From contig DATFVC010000055.1 in the NCBI GenBank assembly GCA_035260485.1, forward strand, positions 56,041 to 120,040: 64,000 nucleotides of DNA. Direction: 5' to 3'. This stretch comes from Solirubrobacterales bacterium. Its GTDB lineage: Bacteria > Actinomycetota > Thermoleophilia > Solirubrobacterales > 70-9. A program made the translations under genes and the position numbers. Positions 1 to 7,821 of the stretch are shown here, piece after piece. Under the pieces are notes generated by a model. It was given only the letters and a program-made list of their open reading frames with translations, was not told the DNA's origin and searched no databases. Numbering within the stretch: position 1 is the first letter of the stretch; every line of letters begins with the position of its first letter.

Positions 1-31
1 TCCTCGCCGAGGCGCCCGCCCCAGCTCCAGC

Positions 32-1057
32 TTGAGCGCTCTGGACCGCATCTCGGTCGCTGCGATCGGCGTCACGGTCGCTGACCTCGAGGCCGAAGCG
101 AAACGGGCCGAAGCGGCCGGCGTCGAGTGCGTCTGGGCGCCGGAGCTGTTCCGCTCCTCGGTCACCCAGGCGGCCTACCTTGCCGGCCGCACCGAGAAGA
201 TCGGCATTGCCACCGGGATAGCCTGGGCCTTCACGCGCAGCCCCTTCATCGTCGCGGTCAGCGCTCTGGACATCGACGAGATGTCGGGCGGGCGCTTCCG
301 GCTCGGCCTCGGCTCCGGCGTCAAACGGCTCAACGAAACCTGGCACAACGCCGAGTACGGCAAGCCGGCGCCGCACCTGCGCGAGGCGATCGAGGCGACC
401 CGGCTGATCATGCAGCAGGCGGGGAAGGGCGAGCCGATCCGCTACGAAGGCGACTACTACGACATCGACATCAGGGGCTGGGTTCGCCCGCACCCGGCGC
501 CGCGCGAGTCGGTGCCGATCTACACCGCCGGCGTGCAGGGCGGCATGTGCCGGATGGCCGGCGACGTCGCCGACGGGCTGATCGGCCACCCGATCCAGAG
601 CCTGCGCTGGATCGACGAGGTTGTCGTTCCCTCCTTCGAGGAGGGGCTGAAGCGCTCCGGGCGAGCGCGCGCGGACTTCGACTACCTGCCGACCGTCTGC
701 TGCGCGATCGACGACGACGAGGCGAAGGCGATCGAGATGGCCCGCCGCACGATCTCCTTCTACGCCACGGTCAAGACCTACATGCCGCTCTGGGAGCTGC
801 ATGGCTTCGCCGACAACGCAGTGGCGGCGGGTGATGCCTTCCGCCGCGGCGACCTCGCCGCCGTCCCCGCCGCGATCAGCGACGAGATGGTCGACGCCTA
901 CTGCGCCGCCGGTCCGCTCGACAAGGTCCGCGCCCGGGTCGAGGCGACCGCAGAGCGAGCCGACGGCCTCTTCCTCACGCCGCCGACCTACTTCATCTCC
1001 CCCGAGGAGCTGAGCGAGTACCAGAATCGCCTGATAGATGCCTTCGGCCCCGCCTGA
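32..1057 (+). CDS. LLM-class (luciferase-like) F420-dependent oxidoreductase
   Basis: 341-aa ORF. The translation shows a luciferase-like TIM-barrel pattern (ECVWAPELF, GRFRLGLGSG, PIYTAGVQG, GLIGHP). The frame stays open to the window start, so the TTG at 32 may not be the true start. Confidence 0.8.
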   Translation: MSALDRISVAAIGVTVADLEAEAKRAEAAGVECVWAPELFRSSVTQAAYLAGRTEKIGIATGIAWAFTRSPFIVAVSALDIDEMSGGRFRLGLGSGVKRLNETWHNAEYGKPAPHLREAIEATRLIMQQAGKGEPIRYEGDYYDIDIRGWVRPHPAPRESVPIYTAGVQGGMCRMAGDVADGLIGHPIQSLRWIDEVVVPSFEEGLKRSGRARADFDYLPTVCCAIDDDEAKAIEMARRTISFYATVKTYMPLWELHGFADNAVAAGDAFRRGDLAAVPAAISDEMVDAYCAAGPLDKVRARVEATAERADGLFLTPPTYFISPEELSEYQNRLIDAFGPA

Positions 1058-1062
1058 CTCAC

Positions 1063-1380
1063 TCAGGCGAGATCGAGAACCAGTTCCAGCCCCTCGTCGA
1101 CGGCTCGAAGCTCGTCCAGTGTCAGATGCGCGACCTGTTCGCCGATGGCTCGGGCATCGACAGCCCCTGTCATCTCACATAGAACGAGGGTGGGCGCGTC
1201 CCCGATCGCAACCTCCGGGTGAAAGCTTGTCGGAGGGGCGGACTGGGAGGTGGGGCAGATGAGGATCGTCGACAGAGTCAGCAGGTCATCCGCCTGGACC
1301 ACCACGGCGTATCGCCGCCCCTGCTGAACCCGTCCCTGGCCCTGCGGCAGCGTTATCGCGCAGACATCACCACGGACCAC
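1063..1380 (-). CDS. MazF/PemK-family type II toxin (endoribonuclease)
   Basis: 105-aa ORF beginning MVRGDV..., with RRYAVVVQAD and ILICPTS segments typical of the PemK/MazF fold. It overlaps the upstream small RHH gene by 14 nt. Confidence 0.8.
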   Translation of the reverse strand: MVRGDVCAITLPQGQGRVQQGRRYAVVVQADDLLTLSTILICPTSQSAPPTSFHPEVAIGDAPTLVLCEMTGAVDARAIGEQVAHLTLDELRAVDEGLELVLDLA

Positions 1381-1618
1381 GCAGTGCCTCCATCATCCCC
1401 GCGACATCCTCTGCCTCGCTGACCCAGTTCGAATCCTCCATCAACCTTCGAGCCTCGTTGGCCAGGCCGGATCGCTTACGCTCGCGCTCGGCCGTCTCCG
1501 TGATGGCGCGACGCGCTGCCTCGGCCCGGGTTATGCCGCGGCGCCGAGCGAGTTCGTCCAGTGCCCGCAGCCCATCAAGCCCCAAGCGCAGCGAGAGTGG
1601 ATTAGGTGCTGAGGCCAC
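1367..1618 (-). CDS. Ribbon-helix-helix (CopG-like) antitoxin
   Basis: 83-aa ORF with GTG start. The segment LSLRLGLDGLRALDELARRRGITRAEAARRAI fits an RHH beta-alpha-alpha pattern. It sits immediately upstream of the MazF-like gene and overlaps it. Confidence 0.65.
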   Translation of the reverse strand: MASAPNPLSLRLGLDGLRALDELARRRGITRAEAARRAITETAERERKRSGLANEARRLMEDSNWVSEAEDVAGMMEALRGPW

Positions 1619-1626
1619 TCTATAAT

Positions 1627-1647
1627 TGTAGCGTGTTTCGCACTACA
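1627..1647 (-). promoter_or_regulatory. Putative TA operator (imperfect palindrome) within a candidate leaderless promoter
   Basis: TGTAGcGtG-ttt-CgCaCTACA is centred at 1637. On the minus strand a TACAAT hexamer ends 6 nt before the GTG start at 1618, and no SD is visible. Confidence 0.3.
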
Positions 1648-1667
1648 TTCTTGACAGGGCGAAGAGT

Positions 1668-1937
1668 TTGAGTCCGTCGCGCGAGCTCGAAGTGCTCGAC
1701 CGCGTCCGCGGGATCCCCGAGGGCTTCGTGCGAACCTACGGCGACGTGTCGCCGGGCTCGCCGCGCTTCGCCGGGGCGGTGCTTTTCGAGTGCGATGAGC
1801 CTGATTTGCCTTGGTGGCGCGTCGTCCGGGCCGACGGATCGCTCGCCAAGGGCGACCGGCAGCGCCGCCTCCTGATCGCCGAGGGCGTGCCCTTCCGCGG
1901 CGACCGCGTCGAGATGGGGGAGGCGAGGGTTCCGTGA
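1668..1937 (+). CDS. Alkyltransferase-like (ATL) / MGMT-family DNA-binding protein without the active-site Cys
   Basis: 89 aa. It has the MGMT C-terminal DNA-binding domain pattern (IPEGFVRTYGDV ... LPWWRVVRADGSL), with PWWRV in place of the canonical PCHRV. Confidence 0.75.
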   Translation: MSPSRELEVLDRVRGIPEGFVRTYGDVSPGSPRFAGAVLFECDEPDLPWWRVVRADGSLAKGDRQRRLLIAEGVPFRGDRVEMGEARVP

Positions 1938-2434
1938 TCCTGCGGTCGCTCGAGCCCAGCGACGTGGCTGAGCTGCGGCGCATCCACGAAACCCCTGAGG
2001 TTGCGCAGTGGTGGGACCTGCTCGAAGACGGCTTCCCCCTGACCGACGAGCCGGAGGCGACCCGGCTGACGATCGAGGTCGACGGCGCGGTTGCCGGGAT
2101 GGTGCAGTTCAACGAGGAGGAAGAGCCCAAATACCGCCATGCCTCGATCGACCTGTTCGTCGACCCCTCGCTGCACGGCCGCGGTGTGGGAACCGAAGCG
2201 GTAAGGCGTGTGGTGCGCATGCTGATCGAGGAGCGCGGCCATCATCGGATCACGATCGACCCGGCGACCGAGAACGTCGCGGCGCTGCGAGCTTACGAAC
2301 GGGCCGGCTTCAAACCGGTCGGCGTGATGCGGCAGTCAGAGCGCGACGCTGACGGTACGGGATGGCACGACAGCCTGCTGATGGAGCTGCTCGCCGAGGA
2401 TCAACAGTCTCAGCGCCGCAGTCCGTCGATTTAA
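1934..2434 (+). CDS. GNAT-family N-acetyltransferase
   Basis: The in-frame GTG at 1934 overlaps the ATL stop codon (GTGA). The translation VILRSLEPSDVAEL...HGRGVGTEAVRRVV...NVAALRAYERAGFKPVG shows the acetyl-CoA-binding Q/RxxGxG/A motif. The annotated longer ORF start at 1811 yields an Arg-rich, non-protein-like extension. Confidence 0.8.
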   Translation: MILRSLEPSDVAELRRIHETPEVAQWWDLLEDGFPLTDEPEATRLTIEVDGAVAGMVQFNEEEEPKYRHASIDLFVDPSLHGRGVGTEAVRRVVRMLIEERGHHRITIDPATENVAALRAYERAGFKPVGVMRQSERDADGTGWHDSLLMELLAEDQQSQRRSPSI

Positions 2435-2549
2435 CTTGCCCCACTTTCCGGGGAGATTCCAGGGTTACTTATTGATTTGAGGATGATCAGTGGGTGACTG
2501 ACCAATTAGGTTCGTTGGGTCGACGTGGTACACCGAAAAGGAGGATGAG

Positions 2550-3158
2550 ATGCCCAACAAATTGGGGAAGATCAAGGCGCCGCCAAAAACGACGGCGCCG
2601 GCCGGAGGCGGAGATCCACCCGCTCCAGCCGACACCAGCTTGCCAGACCCGACGAGTGTTGCGAAATGGATGTTGGCTGGAATGCTGTTGCTCGCGCTCG
2701 CTGTTGCACTGATTTGGAATCATTTCGGACATGCTGGCGCCCCATTCATGCCGGCGAAAGACGAAACCGCGAACTTCGCACTGTTCGCCGGCTTCTACGC
2801 CGCCGCGCAGGTCATAGAGCGCCTGCTCGAGTTGGTGTCCCCGGTACTCCCATTTTGGGAGATCCCCGACCCAACAACCCCTGGGGGCGCCGCGGCACCG
2901 GTTCAGATGGCGACTGCGAAGGCAGCCCAGATCAAGGCCGATAGGGCGGCAGCCGCTCACGGTATCGCCGCCGTTCTCGGTGTGGCGGCGAGTTGCGCGT
3001 TCGGTTTGTTCTTCCTGCAGGCGGTCGGTTTTCACGCGTCGAACACCATCGACACGTTTGCAACCGGCATCATCATTGCGGCTGGCACGAAGCCGCTCCA
3101 CGATCTCATCTCGGGACTGCAGAACAAAAACACGCCAACCACCGGAACCGCGACCTGA
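2550..3158 (+). CDS. Hypothetical membrane protein
   Basis: 202 aa. A strong SD (aaaggagga) precedes the ATG. It has a Pro/Ala-rich N-terminus and several predicted TM helices (WMLAGMLLLALAVALIW, GIAAVLGVAASCAFGLFFL, TFATGIIIAAG). I recognise no family. Confidence 0.55.
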   Translation: MPNKLGKIKAPPKTTAPAGGGDPPAPADTSLPDPTSVAKWMLAGMLLLALAVALIWNHFGHAGAPFMPAKDETANFALFAGFYAAAQVIERLLELVSPVLPFWEIPDPTTPGGAAAPVQMATAKAAQIKADRAAAAHGIAAVLGVAASCAFGLFFLQAVGFHASNTIDTFATGIIIAAGTKPLHDLISGLQNKNTPTTGTAT

Positions 3159-3193
3159 TAGCAGTCGTACGGGGAGTCTGCTGGCCACGCCTC

Positions 3194-3227
3194 GGCTCGG
3201 GTGCCCTGTTGCTCGGGCGCCCGAGCC
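3194..3227. terminator. Bidirectional GC-rich hairpin between convergent genes
   Basis: ggctcgggtgcc (3194-3205) pairs with gggcgcccgagcc (3215-3227) with one mismatch. Confidence 0.45.
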
Positions 3228-3265
3228 GGCTGCGTCGACCCGATGGGCGAGGATGCCGCGCTGGG

Positions 3266-3481
3266 TCAGTCGTCGCGCGGAGTAATGCGGAAGATCGAGA
3301 CGACCTCAGCCTGGTGTGCCTCCGGGTGGACGACGTAGGCACTCGGCCCGCCGCCGAACCAGCCGGACGCTTCGTTGTCACCAACGTAAACGCCGGGATG
3401 GTGCTTGCCGTCGCCGTCCTCGACCCAGACCTTATCGCCCTCCTTGAACCCCTGCGGAGCCTCGTTCATCGCGGCCAGCAT
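3266..3481 (-). CDS. Small hypothetical protein (SH3/Tudor-like pattern KGDKVWV..DG..HPGVYVG)
   Basis: The internal ATG at 3481 gives a 71-aa, well-behaved sequence. The upstream part of the 191-aa ORF is Arg-rich junk. Confidence 0.4.
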   Translation of the reverse strand: MLAAMNEAPQGFKEGDKVWVEDGDGKHHPGVYVGDNEASGWFGGGPSAYVVHPEAHQAEVVSIFRITPRDD

Positions 3482-3546
3482 AGACGTGCCGGTCGACGGC
3501 CGACCCCTGTGGCTGAACGTGGGGCCGCGCCGCCGCGCCGCCCGTC

Positions 3547-4071
3547 CTATGGGCAGACGACGATCAAGTGAAAGTCGGCGTCCTCGGGGGCGCCTTTCTC
3601 GTCGCGCGTTCGAACTTCGATCGCGCTGGCGTTGGCGGGGGAGGTGTTGGTCTGGGCGAAGCCGGCTCCGGGAGGAGTCGTGCCGGCGTTGTTGCGGCCG
3701 GCGACATCGGCGCAGCCGCTCACGTTGACCGGAAAGGCGACCGTGACGGCGCCGCCGCCCTCGCTTGCCGAGATCCCTTCGTCGCTGGCGCGGGCGAGTG
3801 CCGCGTTGCCGGGGCTCGGCGGGTTGTTGACGACAGCCCAATAGGTGTGCGATGCACGCTTAGCCGCGGGCACGACGCCGAGCTTGTTGGTGTTGATCTG
3901 GAAGCCGGTCAGCGTCTTCTGCTTCAGCTTGCCGCTGCCGATCGTCTGCTTCTTGATCGCGCCGCCGTTGATGCTCTGGGCGGCGTAGGCGGTGCCTCCC
4001 AGCGCAACGATCAGCGCCACCAGCGCAACGACCATCGCCGGCGACGGCCCCTTTCTCCTCAGCTTGCTCAT
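3547..4071 (-). CDS. Hypothetical N-terminally anchored/secreted protein
   Basis: The ATG at 4071 is preceded by gggag. The N-terminus MSKLRRKGPSPAMVVALVALIVALGGTAYAA forms a signal/anchor helix. The same xVALxxALGGxAYAA module is seen in the ORF at 62001. Confidence 0.55.
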   Translation of the reverse strand: MSKLRRKGPSPAMVVALVALIVALGGTAYAAQSINGGAIKKQTIGSGKLKQKTLTGFQINTNKLGVVPAAKRASHTYWAVVNNPPSPGNAALARASDEGISASEGGGAVTVAFPVNVSGCADVAGRNNAGTTPPGAGFAQTNTSPANASAIEVRTRDEKGAPEDADFHLIVVCP

Positions 4072-4159
4072 TTGGCTCCCTTCCAGCCCCGATTTGAGGA
4101 CGTGCCGGTTACTTACCCACCGCATAGGTGGTTAATCACCGCACGTCCTCAGGCGAGGT

Positions 4160-4653
4160 CTAGCTTGGGAGGGCGGCGACGAAACGCTCGAAGGCTGCGA
4201 TGTCGGTGACGGCGGGGCCGTGGCCGGGGAGGATCAGCGCGGGATCGAGCTCGGCCAGCTTGCGTATCGAGCGGCGGTTCTCGGCTGGGTCGTAGGTGAA
4301 GAGCTCTGGCGGCTCAGCCAGCATCGGACGACCGGTCGCATAGCTCATGTTGCGGATCACGTCGCCGCCGATCGCCACCCGGTCGGACTCGCGGAAGAAG
4401 ATCACCTCGCCGCGGGCGTGGCCCGGTGCATGGATCACGCGGAAGCCAGCGACCTCGTCGCCCTCGTTCAGCACGCGCTCGACCTTGTAGGGAGGGCCCT
4501 CCCATATGCGCCGGATCAACCGGTTCACCGGATGACCACGGTGTGCCTCCTGGGCCGCCCGGCGTCGATCAGCACGTCGTCGGCCAAGTAGACGTTGATC
4601 GTCGGCGCTGGCAGCTCCTTCAGCCGCCAGACCCCCGGCGCGAGCTGCTTCAT
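4160..4653 (-). pseudogene. MBL-fold metallo-hydrolase remnant (internal deletion plus frameshift, HxHxDH motif missing)
   Basis: N-fragment MKQLAPGVWRLKELPAPTINVYLADDVLIDAG...(stop) occupies 4653-4525. The C-fragment ...HPVNRLIRRIWEGPP...FRVIHAPGHARGEV...GGDVI...LPGHGP occupies another frame, 4540-4160. The about 80 aa that normally carry HxHxDH between them are absent. Confidence 0.55.
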
Positions 4654-4901
4654 CCGTGGCCGATGCCCATCGTGCCGCGGGGATCGCCGCTGTGCTCGGC
4701 GAGGTCCTCCAGCTCGGCGATCTTCCGTTCACCTTCCACCCGTGCCGGGTGGCCGGCCGGCAGCGGCTCGATCAGGCGGCGGATGCGGTTGCGGACCTGC
4801 AGCGCGAAGTGCGGGGTCGAGGCGCCGGCCAGGGCGCGAATGTCCTCGGCGGTGACCTCGTGCGCGCCGCCGAGCAGCTCCGGGCTCTCCGCCTCGCTCA
4901 C
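4650..4901 (-). CDS. Small conserved-looking hypothetical protein
   Basis: The GTG at 4901 overlaps the stop of the upstream gene (GTGA). Its own stop overlaps the ATG of the MBL remnant (ATGA). The 83-aa product is VSEAESPELLGGAHEVTAEDIRALAG... Confidence 0.45.
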   Translation of the reverse strand: MSEAESPELLGGAHEVTAEDIRALAGASTPHFALQVRNRIRRLIEPLPAGHPARVEGERKIAELEDLAEHSGDPRGTMGIGHG

Positions 4902-6244
4902 TGTTCCCCACCGATCTTGGCCAGCTCGGCCAGCTCGTCGATCTTGGCCTGCTCGTTCACGTCGATGGCCTCCTGGTCTCCGATCACCCAAACGTGGTTG
5001 TAGAAGGCGCGCGTCGGATCGGTCGTGTAGCCCGGCTTGACGTCGAGCAGGTACCCGCGCAGCGCAGCCGGCAGGGTATCGGCGCTTTCGGTGAGCAGCA
5101 GCGGTCCCCAGGCGCCGGATGCCGAGAGCGGCGCCGCGGCGGCCGCGTCGAGCGGCTCGTCGGAGCTGGCGACGACGAAGCCGTGGCCGGGGTCGTTGAC
5201 GTTCCAGCCGAAGCCGCCGTCGCTGTAGCGGGCGAGCGCGACCGCGTTGGAGGCTGGGTCCTCGCCGGAAACTCGACGCACCCGGTCGGAGAGCTTGCCG
5301 ATCTGGCGAACCACGTCGGAGGAGATCGCCGAGGACGGTCCGAGCACGTAGACCGGCGTGTGGGGATGACGTTTCAGCGCCGCCGCGGTCGGCGCCGGCA
5401 GCTTGTCCTCATCGGCGAAGAGGATCGGATCGCCTGAGCGTGCGGCCCAGGCGGCGGCGGGCATCGCGAAGGCGGGCTGCGCCGCCGGCGCGACCACGAT
5501 GTGCCGCGGCGGCCCGCCGAGCAGTTCGTCACGCAGGGCCGCAATCGTCGCCGCGGCAGCAGTGCCGCCCCCGCTGCCGACACGCCTCGTCTGCAGGCCC
5601 GAGGGGACCGAGGCCGCGCCGATCGCGAACGCCTGAACGCCCTTGGTGGCCTTGCCGCCCGGCGGATCGAGGGCGGCAAGCGCCTGTGCGGTCGGTTCGG
5701 GTACACCGTCGGCTTCGGAGACGAGGACCGGCGCTCCGACCGGAGCCGCCATCAGCACCGAGGCGGCGATCGCGGAGCGCCAGTCGCCCGCATCGACCAG
5801 GGTGACGGCATCCGGTTGCTGGGAAGGCTCGGTCGAGGGGTAGGTGGCGAGGGCGACGCCGGCCGCATTCGAGGCCGGGTCGGAGCCGCCGACGCGCGTC
5901 GTGTTCGCGGTGGCGAAGGCGGGATAGCCAAGCTTTTCCGGCGTTTGGGCAGCTGGCGCTCCGGCAGAGGCGCCGGGCGCTTCGCTGGCCGGCGCCGGGG
6001 TTTCCGTGCCTTCGCTCCCACCGCCCCTGCCGCCGAAGATCGCCGCGACGATGAAGACGATGGCGAGCACGAACAGCCCGGCGATCGCCTTGAGCGCCGC
6101 GGGTATCGGCTTGCGCTGCCGCTTCGGTGCCTTTGGAGCGGGTGGCTTCTTCGTCGGCGTCGGCGTTTTCGGCGCTGCGACGGGCGCCTCGCCAGGCTGC
6201 GAGGCCGGCAGGTCCGCGTTGATCGGCCGCTCCTTGAGTGCCAC
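4898..6244 (-). CDS. Membrane-anchored protein with three putative cell-wall-binding (CWB2-like) repeats
   Basis: 448 aa with a Pro/Lys-rich N-terminus and one TM helix (GLFVLAIVFIVAAIFGG). Three repeats follow the pattern R(V)xGxDPASNA..(A/L)A....(VV/LV)....(W/F).(A/S)...A..(A/S).(G)(A/D)P(V/I)L(V/F)....LP..T..AL characteristic of CW_binding_2. Confidence 0.6.
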   Translation of the reverse strand: MALKERPINADLPASQPGEAPVAAPKTPTPTKKPPAPKAPKRQRKPIPAALKAIAGLFVLAIVFIVAAIFGGRGGGSEGTETPAPASEAPGASAGAPAAQTPEKLGYPAFATANTTRVGGSDPASNAAGVALATYPSTEPSQQPDAVTLVDAGDWRSAIAASVLMAAPVGAPVLVSEADGVPEPTAQALAALDPPGGKATKGVQAFAIGAASVPSGLQTRRVGSGGGTAAAATIAALRDELLGGPPRHIVVAPAAQPAFAMPAAAWAARSGDPILFADEDKLPAPTAAALKRHPHTPVYVLGPSSAISSDVVRQIGKLSDRVRRVSGEDPASNAVALARYSDGGFGWNVNDPGHGFVVASSDEPLDAAAAAPLSASGAWGPLLLTESADTLPAALRGYLLDVKPGYTTDPTRAFYNHVWVIGDQEAIDVNEQAKIDELAELAKIGGEQ

Positions 6245-6321
6245 GGCGGCAGGCTAGACGGTTGGAGAACCGGTGCGCATCTCAAGAGTTGGCTGGTTGG
6301 TCAGCTAAACTTCGAGAAGCC

Positions 6322-6339
6322 ATTGACTGACCAGTCAAT
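6322..6339. promoter_or_regulatory. Perfect 8+2+8 palindrome ATTGACTG-ac-CAGTCAAT upstream of acyl-CoA dehydrogenase (candidate TetR/FadR-type operator)
   Basis: The two arms are exact reverse complements. The site lies 34 nt upstream of the ATG at 6373. Confidence 0.4.
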
Positions 6340-6372
6340 CAACCCGAGATAGCGCGTCAACGAGGGGGACGG

Positions 6373-7641
6373 ATGGATTTCGCACTGAACGAAGAGCAGC
6401 AGGAGTTCAAAGATCGTGCCCGGGCTTTCGCCCGCGATGTGATCCGCCCCGCGGCGCGCAAGCACGACGAAGAGGAGAGCACGCCTTGGGAGGTCATTAA
6501 AGAGGCGCGCAGGCAGGGTTTCCAGGGCCTCGAGGCGATTCAGCGCTCGGCCTCCGATTCCGATGGGCAGATGCAGGTGATCTCGGCCGAAGAGTTCCAC
6601 TGGGGCTGCGCCGGCATCGCCCTGGCGATCTCAGGCTCCGGCCTCGCCGCTGCCGGCATTGCCTCCTCCGGCACCCCCGAGCAGATCGCCCAGTGGGTTC
6701 CCGAGTGCTTCGGCGCCGGCGACGAGGTCAAGCTCGGCGCCTACGCGGTCACCGAGCCGCAGGCCGGCTCGGACGTCAAGAGCCTGAAGACGACGGCGAA
6801 GCGCGACGGCGACGAGTGGGTCCTCAACGGCACCAAGGTCTTCATCACCAACGGTGGCATCGCCGACGTGCACGTCGTCGTCGCCACCGTAGATCCCGCC
6901 CTCGGCACCCGTGGTCAGGCCTCCTTCGTCATCGGCAAGGACACCCCGGGCCTCAGCCAGGGTAAGAAGGAGTCGAAGCTCGGCATCCGCGCCTCCCACA
7001 CCGCTGAGCTGATCCTCGAGAACTGCCGTATACCGGCCGAGAACCTGCTCGGTGGCGAAGAGAAGCTCGAGAAGAAGCTTCAGCGAGGACGGGAAGGGAA
7101 AAAGTCGCGCGGCGCCGACGCGTTGGCGACCTTCGAGATCACCCGGCCGCTGGTCGGCGCCTCGGCGCTTGGTATCGCACAGGCCGCCTACGAGTGGACC
7201 CTCGAGTACCTCGACGGACAGTCGGAAGGTGGCACGCCGCTGCTGCAGATTCAGCGAATCCAGCAGACGCTGGCCGACGTCGCGACCGAGATCGAAGCGG
7301 CGCGCCTGCTGGTCCAGCGGGCCGCCTGGATGGGCCGCAACGGCATCCCGATGCGCGGCGGTCAGGGCTCGATGTCGAAGCTCAAGGCCGGCGACGTGAC
7401 GATGTGGGCGACGACGACGCTGATGGACCTGGTCGGTCCCTACGCTTGGAGCACGGAGTGCCCGCTGGAGAAGTTCTTCCGCGACGCGAAGATCTACCAG
7501 CTGTTCGAGGGCACGGCGGAGATCCAGCGGATGGTCATCTCGCGCATGCAGGCGCGCGAATACGGCGAGCGGCTCGGCTACGCCGCTGAAGTGGTTGCCG
7601 AGGCGGAGAAGGAGGCCGAGAAGCAGCCGGTCGCGGCGTAG
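6373..7641 (+). CDS. Acyl-CoA dehydrogenase
   Basis: 422 aa. It shows canonical ACAD segments (GAYAVTEPQAGSDV, FITNGG, ...IYQLFEGTAEIQR). Confidence 0.9.
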   Translation: MDFALNEEQQEFKDRARAFARDVIRPAARKHDEEESTPWEVIKEARRQGFQGLEAIQRSASDSDGQMQVISAEEFHWGCAGIALAISGSGLAAAGIASSGTPEQIAQWVPECFGAGDEVKLGAYAVTEPQAGSDVKSLKTTAKRDGDEWVLNGTKVFITNGGIADVHVVVATVDPALGTRGQASFVIGKDTPGLSQGKKESKLGIRASHTAELILENCRIPAENLLGGEEKLEKKLQRGREGKKSRGADALATFEITRPLVGASALGIAQAAYEWTLEYLDGQSEGGTPLLQIQRIQQTLADVATEIEAARLLVQRAAWMGRNGIPMRGGQGSMSKLKAGDVTMWATTTLMDLVGPYAWSTECPLEKFFRDAKIYQLFEGTAEIQRMVISRMQAREYGERLGYAAEVVAEAEKEAEKQPVAA

Positions 7642-7643
7642 GA

Positions 7644-7753
7644 GAGGAGAGCCGGGGAGTCCCCCTCCGGGAACCCGCCGACGATCGCTGGGCGAGGGTT
7701 CTGGCGCTTTGCTGGCTCACAAGTTCCCGGAGGGGGACTCCCCGGCTCTCCTC
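7644..7753. repeat. 110-nt inverted repeat with perfect 31-bp arms and a 48-nt loop
   Basis: gaggagagccggggagtccccctccgggaac (7644-7674) is the exact reverse complement of 7723-7753, verified base by base. Confidence 0.9.
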
Positions 7754-7821
7754 GCAAGCCGGATTGCAAGGTTCGGGCATCTTGCCTTGATGGCTAGCTG
7801 GCATCGCTAGCCTTCCCCGCC

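Noticed and set aside
1421-1440. tRNA T-loop-like string agttcgaatcc.
   Set aside because: The flanking 5-nt segments are not complementary, no acceptor or anticodon arms can be drawn, and it lies inside the RHH antitoxin gene.
1811-1933. Upstream extension of the GNAT ORF. The extensions 12286-12387 for thrC, 57226-57285 for the DUF559 gene and 43352-43408 for ispH are similar.
   Set aside because: The extensions overlap the preceding genes or are Arg-rich. The homologous protein-like sequence begins at the downstream in-frame start used in the feature table.
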